NCBI GenBank assembly: GCA_000165345.1
Contig: CM000436.1
Span: 512,001-576,000, forward strand
Reading direction: 5' to 3'
Length of the DNA stretch: 64,000 bases
Shown in pieces: positions 10,901 to 19,209 of the stretch. Positions within the stretch are counted from its first letter, which is position 1; each line of letters starts with the position of its first letter. Both the position numbers and the translations under genes were made by a program. The notes beneath the pieces are model-generated. The model did not search any database, was not told the origin of the DNA, and was given only the letters and a program-made list of their open reading frames with translations.

Positions 10901-13900
10901 AATTTATTGTATAGTGAACTCCCAAACTTGTCAAGTAAATCCTTTAAACTTTGAACTGCTATATAATGTATATTTCCACTACTAGATGTTGATAAAGCAT
11001 TGATAATTCTTCTGATTAGAATTGTTAATATATCTTTCAATGTTTGTGGAGTATTTTGCACTAGTGATTTCCATAAAGCAGTAGCACTATTCTTAACTGA
11101 TGTATTTTCATCACTTCTAGCCATATATATTGCTGCCAATATGTAAGATCTTCTATGCATTGAAAATCCTGAATCTTCAATTGCTGATGTATCTGTACTT
11201 AAAGCACGTCCACTAGAGTCCAATTGACCTTTTATTAACCTATTAAGTAAAGTACCCAAAAGTGAACAACTACTTAATCTGACTCTCCAACTATCATTCC
11301 CCAGTCCTTCCTCTAATGGTTGTAGAATATAAACGGCATGATCACTCCCAAACTGCACTACCAAAGCTTTACAAGCTTTAAGAGCTACTTCTCTCACAGA
11401 ATCTGACTCATCTCCCAATCTAGATAATAAAATCGGAAGAATCTTTGGCATTAATGGACCCAAATCATCGCCAAAAGATTGAGGTAAATATACAAATAAA
11501 CCAATGTAACCCTCTCTAGTGCTTGCTGCTGCTGCAACTGAAGTAGAAGCAGAAGTAGTTTCTATCATTGAATCAGATTCCAATCTTTCTTCTTGATTTT
11601 CAAATTGAGATGAGCTATCATCTCCACTTTTCTGGATCTGAGAAATAATAAAAGGAAGAATCTGGTTAAACTTTTCAATACCAAAAGCCGATAATACCTC
11701 AGCTAAAGAAGCTGATACTCCACTCTTCAATGTTTGTCCAACTTCCATTGATAATGTTTTGAAAAGCCAACTTAATAAAGAAGATGCTTTTTCTTGGCCA
11801 GTAACTGTTACTAATGCTCTGCATAATTTTGCTGTTAATAATCTTATTTCAGGTATAGGATCTGTTAATGTATTATGTATTGAATTCTCAATTAAATACA
11901 AGAAAGGATCAACATCTGTTTTGTCACTCAATAGTAAAAGCAAAGATGTCAAGATTTGTATAGCATCCTTTTTTAAATCTGTGCCTCCTCTTTCTTGAAT
12001 AGTTTTTAGTAAAACTGGGAATATTAAAGATAAAGTTGTAATATCAATAGCATGGACAAAAGTAACCGACTTTAAAGACAATAGAGCTTTTTTGAAATTC
12101 AACTCTGTTGGATCTATTAAAGAAGTTATCAGATCTTGAGATATACAATTCACCTCTGGGTTCTTTATTAAAGAAGCCATCTTGAAAAGAGTCTCTCTTG
12201 CTGCATCTGATACTTTTGGATGTGAATCTGAAGTTGTTTGATATATTGTTTGTATTGCCTTTGGTAAATATGATGATAATTGATGGGGTGAATTTAATGC
12301 CATAATTCCTAGTAATTGAAGGCTCGTTAATTTAATTCTCCATTGTTTTTCCTCTATACCTTCTGTTATTATTGGTAAGATTAATCTCGCTCCATATCTT
12401 GAGAGGTTCTTGATAATAATTTCTGCAGACTTTTCAGAATAAAAACGAATCCTTTGATCGTTTCCTGAAAACAAATGCATTATAGACTTTAAGAAATGTA
12501 CTGTATAAGGTTCAATAATATACTCTAAATATAAACTTAATGAACCAATACAAAGCAATAATCCCTCCAAATTATTTGATTCAGCACTTTTCTGACCATC
12601 TTGACATTTTAATGCATTTTCAATTGCTTCCAAAATACCAAAATCTCTTAATTTTCTCACAGAAATTCCTTTACTTAATGAGCCAAATATATGTGCAGCT
12701 CCTATTCTCTCTCCAGAATTTTCAGAATATAAAGCCTTACACAAAGAAATACAATAAAGCTCATAAACTGATAGCTTTTCTTCTCCTCTTGATAAATCTT
12801 CAGAATCTATCTTATAATTCAAATACTTATTCTTATCCAAGTCCTCAAATCTGGTAATTCTCAACTCTTGCTTATTTTCTTGATTATTATAAAGCATTTC
12901 AAATAATCTTGGAAGAATTCTAGAGTATTCTTGAGGAATATCTGTAAGCATTGGGAATTGTATTTTTGAATTTGAATCTGATAAACCGTTATTTTGATTG
13001 CTTTTTCTTACTAATGATCCACTAAGTAACTCATTAATTATCTTAAATGTAACCTTGTAAACCATTGGATCAGAAGGAGAACAACATGATGCTATACTAC
13101 CAATAGCAAATGCAAGAGAATTATGAAATTCCTTTGGATTAATTCTTGGCTTGTATTGTGATGATAAATCTCTTAATATAATCAATATATTAGATGAAAG
13201 CTTCTGTATATCATTTCTAGAAGATAAAGAGACAAAAAATTCAACAATTACTTTTTGTAACTCTTCCTTACTTCTTATATCATATCCTTGAATCTTAATC
13301 TTCTCTGGAGAATCCTGTTTATTGCCAAAACTACCAACCAAATTCTTTACTGTCTTCTTTTCCTTACTTTTGATATTCCCATTTGTCTCTTCTGATGATA
13401 ATCTTTCCCCTTCAGAAATATAATCCTCAAATATATTAGAATCGATAATTTTGGTGAGAATAAAATGGATTGATTCTTCTATAAAGGATGAATCAGATTC
13501 ATCCAACTTTATAATAAGATCAGATAATATCAAAACTAATCCTTTCAATGCATGTCTAGCTTGAATTCTTGAGACGATCTTTTCTAAACCGCTTTCAGTA
13601 AAATTTGGTATTACTGAATCAAAATGACGTATTGTACTTGGTACCATACCTGAAATTAATGGTTTTTTCAAATTATTTGGCCAATCTTCTTTTGAAAAGA
13701 TTCTTCTCTTTTCAAAGCCATTAAATACTCTTTCTGAACTTGCTATCACTATTTCCACAATCTCTGAACAATTTTCCTTTTCAGATAATCTTAATATTGT
13801 TTTTGAAATATTTTTTTGTTGTAAAGTTGAAATTACTGGTACCATTTGAATCTCAATCAAATCATTCACTAACTTCTTATTCTGGTCACCAATATTCAAC

Positions 13901-16900
13901 TCACCTTTGTTTCTTACTAAACTATTATACATTTCAATTAATTCTTCAGTTATGCTTGAAATTAATGATAAATCATCAGAAAAAGAGCCATTATTTGGGT
14001 GAATATCAAATATCTGAATCTCTCTGGCTATACTTAAATTCATAAAGGTAAAGTAACTTATTTCCATCTTTGAAATATCTAAAGCTCGCTTTAACGAGTC
14101 CAATGTCAATAATCTAACTTGTGGATTAGCAAACACTAGTAATGAAGATACTAAATCCATCTCAACCATATTTATTGGTCTCAATTCTGACAATGAAACC
14201 TTTAAAGGATGTAAATACTGGTCTAAATCAACCAAATCACCAAGTGCTAACACATATAAATACAGCATATTCAATAATTGTGCCATTGAAACTTTTAATC
14301 CATTATGTTTTATTGAGCCAGATAAATATTGTATCAAATGTGTAACCATTTGTATCTGCTTGTCTGAATCGGCTCCCCTCTCCTTACAATTACTATAAAG
14401 TACTCTGGAAATAATATATGTCAATACTGAAACACCACTTGAGTTCTTTAAATAATTCTGCACAGAATTTAACCTCTTGGAATTTACAGAATCCAAAATC
14501 TCTTGTAAACACATATTTCTATTCTCATCATCTTGTTTTGATAAGTATTCAACCATACTCCTTCCTAACTTAATATTCTCTAGTATTAATCTTTCAAATA
14601 AATTCTCCAAAATACTTAATCCATATTGATTTAATGGCTTAAACTCTAACATCTTACTACATATAGAATACAAAATTTCAGATAATTCTAAATCCATTTT
14701 ATGAACATCCTTACTCTCCTCTACTAATTCTGATATCCAACTCATTAATACCCCAACCATCACTTCTACTTCATTCTTTATTCTTGAAATTATCTTATTT
14801 GCACCTTTCCTTATATTATTCTGCTCTATTAATTTCTGTTTCAAAATCTCCACTTTTGTCAAATTATTACCGCCGGTGCTATTATTTACACCCAAACCTG
14901 CATTGCATGTGGACAAATTATTACCGGTATTTGAATTTGCATGACTTCTTGCATTCATGTTATTTGCATGTGAGGTGGTAGTTTTGGGGGCCTTGGCGCC
15001 TTTTGATTTGTTGTCAGCTTGAGACTTCCTGAGTTTAGCAAGTGCAAAGGCGGATGTAGTTGTTACATTTGTGGGAGTAGAAACTTTGGGCTTTGTTACG
15101 CTAGAAGTAGTGCTTGAACTCGAGTTTTTCGTATTTGATTCTGATTCTAAGTCCTTGTTTTTTATTGTCGATTGTTCGTTTAATTCTTTGTTATTATTTA
15201 TAGAGGAAATATTCTCTAAATTTGAGAGTGTACTGTTGAGCCAATGTGATGAGTTTGCTAAGGAGTTATAGAAATCAGAAAATTCATCATATCTTTGCTC
15301 ATTACTTGTGAAAGATTTTAATTTTGTAGATATATTACTTTGTATGTCTTGTATAAACCCTTTATCAGAGTTTTGAGATGCTCCTATATTTATATCAAAC
15401 TCAAAAACTTGATTTGGATCAGATATCATGAAATTACCAAATTCTAACGGCAATTCATTGAGAAATTCTAAAGAATTTATGAAATCTATTTTAAGCTCTT
15501 CTATTAAACTTAAAGTCAATCTTGAGTCTCTAGTTAATGTAATAATATTTAAAAGATTCAAACCTGCACTTCTAAATCCGGATACGTCATTTAATGGAAG
15601 AAATATCAAATCTCTATATAATTCAATGAATTTTTTATTCATTCTTTCCTTTACTTCATCTGATTTATTCCATTTATTAACCAAATCATTAATCAATGTT
15701 ACATGTAATAACTCATTCTTATTATTTAAAAAACTTTTAAATCCAGAATTCATTGTTTTTGGTCCTGAATATATTAGAGGATGGTAACTGCAAAGTAAGA
15801 AAATCAAATAATATGAATATCCTATGTTAGAAGGATCTCCTTTTGAGATCATTTCTAAATTCCCCAAAAAAACCCAAACTTTAAATAAATCCATTCTAGA
15901 TAACATTAACTCATTGTAAATCTCATTCTCCACTATCCCTTCTTCTCTTCTCTTATAGATTAAAGAATTTAATGAGCTTAAAATAGTGGCAAAAGAAAGA
16001 ATCAAATTTTGACAGAAATTCTTATCATTCAATAATAAGCTTTTCCTTTCACAATTTGAGAATGGGAACCGCTTCTCTTGTATCTTAGAACTATCTTCAT
16101 TACACAATCTATTCATAATAGGCTTTTTTAAGCCTGGAAGCATTAAGCTGGCCTGAAAAGCCTCCATATTTACCGCCGAATATTGAGAAATTGAATAACT
16201 TAAATCCTCTTCATCTGATAAAAACGATAAAACTCTACCCATTTGAATTAAAAAGCTAATTAAATAATTTGCTGAATTGATTTTACTCGGATCTGATAAT
16301 TTTAATAAATAAGACTTTAAATCCATAGATTCTTCTTCCTTATTATTCTGGAAATGTATATTAAAATTAACCTTGGAGTTCTCATTGAATACTATTTCTC
16401 TTAGAACTATTAAAATGTTAACTTCAGCATTCCTACAACTATTCGAACAAAAGCAATAACTTCCATCTAATAAAGTTCCTAATTTAGGAAACAACAATGG
16501 TGAAGTTCGAATGCTTGAAACAATATCCAGACTCTTAAATATGTTAGTTTCATCAAAAACATCTTGAATTGATATAATTTGACCTAAAACTGTCATAGAA
16601 AGCTTTTTCAAGTTCATATTCTTATTCAAAGTTGATACAAAAATTCCTGATATATGATTATTAGAGATTAATATTTGTTTTACTTTTGATTTATCAAACA
16701 AGTTAGAATCATTTGTAATTCCAAGCTTTTTAAGTAATATAATAGAATGAGTAAATGATGATATTACCAAGAGCTTGCAGCTCTCATTAATTGATGGATC
16801 ACTAATCAAAGACTGAACTTTCTCAAGGAATTTATCTGAAAAAGGATGATTCTTAGATCCATTTAATAATAGATAAGATAAAGAACAAATATGTACAGCT

Positions 16901-18168
16901 AAAGACTTGAAATAGTCCGATGATTGATTAGATATCATGGGAAGCTTAATATATATTAATGATAATAATAGATCTTGAGCTTTATTAGTAAGATTATAAT
17001 TAACAGGAATTCCTTCAATTCTGTATCTTGCAAGACTTTCATGAACTGATCCAATAATTAACAATAAAGAAACTTTGTTTTGATCATTAGTTTTGTTTGA
17101 TGAAATAGCTAATATTGTTTCCTCAATCCATTCCTGAAAGTTGAAATGGCTTGGTATTAGTTGAAAACACAAATTAAGAGAATTTTGGATGATTTGAACA
17201 TCTTCAAAGTTTTGATCAGTCTTACCATTATTCGAAATCATAGTACCAATCGAACCTGAAATTGTTTCAGATAATATAGAAATTAGCTCCATTAGTACTT
17301 CCTCCTTTTGTAAGTGGCTTATAATATTTTGGTGGGTAAAAATTTCTAATAAACTTAATTGAGTTAAAGGCTTAGAAGTATTTCTTTTTAATTGTCTCAA
17401 TAAAGAATTAACCAAAAGGTTCAATTCATGATTATAATTTGAAAGAATCTTCAACATTGATTTTAAGCTTAAATTAAAACAGTAATCAATATCAGAAGCA
17501 ATAATACTTGATAAGCCATTAACTATTCCCAAAATTAGTTCATTTGTTAAGGTCTGATCAGAATTTATATGTTCTATATAATACAAAACAATATCAAAAA
17601 CCAACTTTTGTTGAAAACTCAGCTTTTGTGAGCTATTAATTCCAGAAATTTCTACAAGTACCCAATTCTTCCATGTGTCTTTGCTAAATAGTTCAAAGTA
17701 TTTTGAAAATAAGCTCACAATTAATTTATATTCACGCCTTTTTAATGAATGTAAATAATGAGAATGTTCAATACTGATAGATTTCAAAATTTCTAGAATT
17801 CGTTGTTTTGATATTTCATCGAGATTTCCTCCATTCTTTAATGATAGAAATCCCTCAAATAACCAAAAGCTTGCTATTAACGTATTGAATTTATTAGATA
17901 ATGACAAAAAGCATTCCAAGAATACTGATTCATCATTCTTTCTCAGCCAAATACCAAATCTATTAAGGAACTTGATCCAAATGTTTCTATAAAATTTATC
18001 TTGGATCAATCCAACTTTCTGTCCCAAGATCTCAATTTCAGCAAATGCCTTTCTCAAGATCTCCTCTTTTTCTTCTTGTAAGAAAATTTCTAAATCTGGG
18101 ATAATTTTTACATTACTTCCATTTTCGAGTAATTTCTCGTTTTTAATTAAATCTGTTTCTGATTCCAT
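7981..18168 (-). CDS. GCN1: GCN1 (eIF2alpha-kinase activator / ribosome-binding HEAT-repeat protein), a giant about 3395-aa version.
   Basis: The HEAT-repeat architecture runs throughout. A diagnostic block, VREVALKACKALVVQFGSDHAVYILQPLEEGLGNDSWRVRLSSCSLLGTLL, matches human GCN1 [51 protein letters not shown]. The ORF-track start at 18183 is a TTG. The first in-frame ATG (MESETDLIK...) is at 18168-18166. Confidence 0.8.
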   Translation of the reverse strand: MESETDLIKNEKLLENGSNVKIIPDLEIFLQEEKEEILRKAFAEIEILGQKVGLIQDKFYRNIWIKFLNRFGIWLRKNDESVFLECFLSLSNKFNTLIASFWLFEGFLSLKNGGNLDEISKQRILEILKSISIEHSHYLHSLKRREYKLIVSLFSKYFELFSKDTWKNWVLVEISGINSSQKLSFQQKLVFDIVLYYIEHINSDQTLTNELILGIVNGLSSIIASDIDYCFNLSLKSMLKILSNYNHELNLLVNSLLRQLKRNTSKPLTQLSLLEIFTHQNIISHLQKEEVLMELISILSETISGSIGTMISNNGKTDQNFEDVQIIQNSLNLCFQLIPSHFNFQEWIEETILAISSNKTNDQNKVSLLLIIGSVHESLARYRIEGIPVNYNLTNKAQDLLLSLIYIKLPMISNQSSDYFKSLAVHICSLSYLLLNGSKNHPFSDKFLEKVQSLISDPSINESCKLLVISSFTHSIILLKKLGITNDSNLFDKSKVKQILISNNHISGIFVSTLNKNMNLKKLSMTVLGQIISIQDVFDETNIFKSLDIVSSIRTSPLLFPKLGTLLDGSYCFCSNSCRNAEVNILIVLREIVFNENSKVNFNIHFQNNKEEESMDLKSYLLKLSDPSKINSANYLISFLIQMGRVLSFLSDEEDLSYSISQYSAVNMEAFQASLMLPGLKKPIMNRLCNEDSSKIQEKRFPFSNCERKSLLLNDKNFCQNLILSFATILSSLNSLIYKRREEGIVENEIYNELMLSRMDLFKVWVFLGNLEMISKGDPSNIGYSYYLIFLLCSYHPLIYSGPKTMNSGFKSFLNNKNELLHVTLINDLVNKWNKSDEVKERMNKKFIELYRDLIFLPLNDVSGFRSAGLNLLNIITLTRDSRLTLSLIEELKIDFINSLEFLNELPLEFGNFMISDPNQVFEFDINIGASQNSDKGFIQDIQSNISTKLKSFTSNEQRYDEFSDFYNSLANSSHWLNSTLSNLENISSINNNKELNEQSTIKNKDLESESNTKNSSSSTTSSVTKPKVSTPTNVTTTSAFALAKLRKSQADNKSKGAKAPKTTTSHANNMNARSHANSNTGNNLSTCNAGLGVNNSTGGNNLTKVEILKQKLIEQNNIRKGANKIISRIKNEVEVMVGVLMSWISELVEESKDVHKMDLELSEILYSICSKMLEFKPLNQYGLSILENLFERLILENIKLGRSMVEYLSKQDDENRNMCLQEILDSVNSKRLNSVQNYLKNSSGVSVLTYIISRVLYSNCKERGADSDKQIQMVTHLIQYLSGSIKHNGLKVSMAQLLNMLYLYVLALGDLVDLDQYLHPLKVSLSELRPINMVEMDLVSSLLVFANPQVRLLTLDSLKRALDISKMEISYFTFMNLSIAREIQIFDIHPNNGSFSDDLSLISSITEELIEMYNSLVRNKGELNIGDQNKKLVNDLIEIQMVPVISTLQQKNISKTILRLSEKENCSEIVEIVIASSERVFNGFEKRRIFSKEDWPNNLKKPLISGMVPSTIRHFDSVIPNFTESGLEKIVSRIQARHALKGLVLILSDLIIKLDESDSSFIEESIHFILTKIIDSNIFEDYISEGERLSSEETNGNIKSKEKKTVKNLVGSFGNKQDSPEKIKIQGYDIRSKEELQKVIVEFFVSLSSRNDIQKLSSNILIILRDLSSQYKPRINPKEFHNSLAFAIGSIASCCSPSDPMVYKVTFKIINELLSGSLVRKSNQNNGLSDSNSKIQFPMLTDIPQEYSRILPRLFEMLYNNQENKQELRITRFEDLDKNKYLNYKIDSEDLSRGEEKLSVYELYCISLCKALYSENSGERIGAAHIFGSLSKGISVRKLRDFGILEAIENALKCQDGQKSAESNNLEGLLLCIGSLSLYLEYIIEPYTVHFLKSIMHLFSGNDQRIRFYSEKSAEIIIKNLSRYGARLILPIITEGIEEKQWRIKLTSLQLLGIMALNSPHQLSSYLPKAIQTIYQTTSDSHPKVSDAARETLFKMASLIKNPEVNCISQDLITSLIDPTELNFKKALLSLKSVTFVHAIDITTLSLIFPVLLKTIQERGGTDLKKDAIQILTSLLLLLSDKTDVDPFLYLIENSIHNTLTDPIPEIRLLTAKLCRALVTVTGQEKASSLLSWLFKTLSMEVGQTLKSGVSASLAEVLSAFGIEKFNQILPFIISQIQKSGDDSSSQFENQEERLESDSMIETTSASTSVAAAASTREGYIGLFVYLPQSFGDDLGPLMPKILPILLSRLGDESDSVREVALKACKALVVQFGSDHAVYILQPLEEGLGNDSWRVRLSSCSLLGTLLNRLIKGQLDSSGRALSTDTSAIEDSGFSMHRRSYILAAIYMARSDENTSVKNSATALWKSLVQNTPQTLKDILTILIRRIINALSTSSSGNIHYIAVQSLKDLLDKFGSSLYNKLLPIFYQNLGGSLSEDGTIDLDSSSNSISFGKGGVCNTGRNALPKKSVRIGSCIGVLEILKNVRKSELKGLTSSFLPVVKIGLCDEDIMVRTYSVECLDIFASENTEILFSIINWLMDEILESKDNNEEDEDPKISAIELIIQLSHPGIVSNILPRIISDPMTINKIRIIKSMSNIPSQNRLRSSLFDIVPKLLETTVNIDGKYDDYIQKSSKEAMMSIVQSLEAQSMETFATILLDIIRENTPSTNLSISGKYQIENLNINDLNELVVERETLMRIKAIEFLNLSLYASSTIYETSISILIKYLIPLALCDISEQVRISASKSFYLFSISVPRKSIIQVCNVMKESIGILVHDPIDNKKHFDENKLIGYNWKILNCKVVQSNMNQEEMLERSKNDELLISSNKLIDSISAIYIQGISQGSVDSKEECAIGLREAIQLTNNECLKPITVKLVGPLIRSISDRTTSSLVRGALLSNLVIFLEFCGLQLRPLLPQIQTILVKFLLDPNDNVRKQCSNGIGFLSRLLGNRAEVLLNDLCSLASKQNQSGESMNAILSSINYSLLTNSRDQLVENQTKPVISESLRNKLIGMSLSCIEESKDIVIKDISGQILSSILMNYCKDDEIKDILIPLLIFNNQNGCQFNHDKNILNIFNSCCESNGWIKMYSSLSNLDKDIISTLGDEEEREEEEEKKKEEEISLFENIDNYLSMKNREFMIGGRRLPDEILKHQSWWIYKKIVILLYKYLVCIENNNFQNSSNYTQLRKLSLNFLNNLTRISVDNNDIFSASIVLQVIPLIFEKDILVLFPSFSDTHMILEIQKICEKIVESKDSRRLFIQQIDSNLSCYSFGNFIKESDIDSRIKSNDQISSQDILFSLISLPSIQSLSSKFPAIKLKAEQFLVFLIKLIIKLREDEDQHMINKNDNNKGINDEEFSQFELVISDIINVIEKIYPGHLNQKKVNFIKEYSRRVLSKAIN

Positions 18169-18442
18169 CAAAAAAACATCCAAATCAGGCTTTCTTTATT
18201 TTTTTTTTTTTTTAACCTCGTAAACTTGAAAAGTTACTTTACTTCCAATTGGATGGATCTATGCCTGTGAATAAAAAATATCCTACTTAGAAGTACCAGA
18301 TCCTTCAAGTCCACCTACTAACCAAACCTAGTCTGTTTCTTGAATTTACTATTTAATTTACCTTTATCAATTCTAATTTTTTTTTCTTAAATATATATTT
18401 TGATATATACGATACCCCTTCCCCCCACCGCTTCTGACGATC

Positions 18443-18454
18443 TGGCGCCAAATG
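18443..18454. promoter_or_regulatory. E2F-like site TGGCGCCAAATG in the GCN1/XPB divergent intergenic region.
   Basis: GGCGCC core with flanking AAA/TTT. The Cryptosporidium upstream E2F-like motif is TTTGGCGCCAAA. Confidence 0.5.
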
Positions 18455-18840
18455 TCAAAGTGAATATTAATTAATATAAATCAAAAATAGAAATCTCCAA
18501 ATATTAAAATTGCAAATTTTTTTTGTGATCAGAGAAATTCATATCTTTTAGATTAAATCAAATAATTCTGGTTTAGATTTATTTTGTTTGATTCTTTCTT
18601 TTGAGATCTTTTTAACGAAAATTGCTTTCAAAATTCATAAATATTATTATTACCAAACTTTGGATGCACCAAAGAAAAAGAACTCAGTTAGAACTTTACT
18701 TAATTTTAACAGAATAAAAAATATTATCCCTTTTAACTAGATAACTATTTTTTAAATAATTTTCCCACATTTAATCTAGAGATGTGTGCTATTAGCATAT
18801 AATTATGAATTTGCTAAACTTCTTGAATTATTTTATTGCC

Positions 18841-18900
18841 AAATGCATGCATACATGCAATATAGTATATTGTATAAAAGGATTGCATGCATTTTTATAA
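18841..18900. promoter_or_regulatory. AP2-type GCATGC cluster (CAAATGCATGCATACATGCAA ... GATTGCATGCATTT) in the GCN1/XPB divergent promoter.
   Basis: Three TGCATGCA-type sites within 60 bp, about 300 bp upstream of the XPB ATG. Confidence 0.5.
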
Positions 18901-19133
18901 TACTAGAAATGCTTAACTTTATTTAAACTAAATCTTAAGCCTAGCCCACTACTTACCAAATTATATTAAAAAAAAAAATAAAGTGACCCCCTAAGAAAAC
19001 AACAAAAACATTTAAAAAAATAGACCTTCTAGCTTCTCTTGAGTTTCCCCTTTCCTCTTCTTCTTTTCCCCCAAATCAACCTGCATGTTATTTCTGTATA
19101 ATAAACCTAATAATTAGAGCACATGGCGCCAAA

Positions 19134-19154
19134 TGTTTGGCGCCGTAAGTGATA
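19134..19154. promoter_or_regulatory. Tandem double E2F-like site TGGCGCCAAATGTTTGGCGCC, 56 bp upstream of the XPB start codon.
   Basis: Two GGCGCC cores separated by AAATGTTT, directly read. Confidence 0.6.
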
Positions 19155-19209
19155 AAGGTATTTCGTTTAGGATGATTAAAAGGGAATAATTGAACTATAA
19201 AGGGGATCA

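Noticed and set aside
18184-19209. Searched the long intergenic spacers (18.2-19.2 kb, 38.2-39.1 kb, 54.7-55.6 kb, 60.1-61.5 kb) for tRNA / snRNA genes (GTTCGA T-loop, box A/B).
   Set aside because: No cloverleaf-compatible sequence with a GTTCRANYC T-arm was found, so no RNA gene can be supported from sequence alone.
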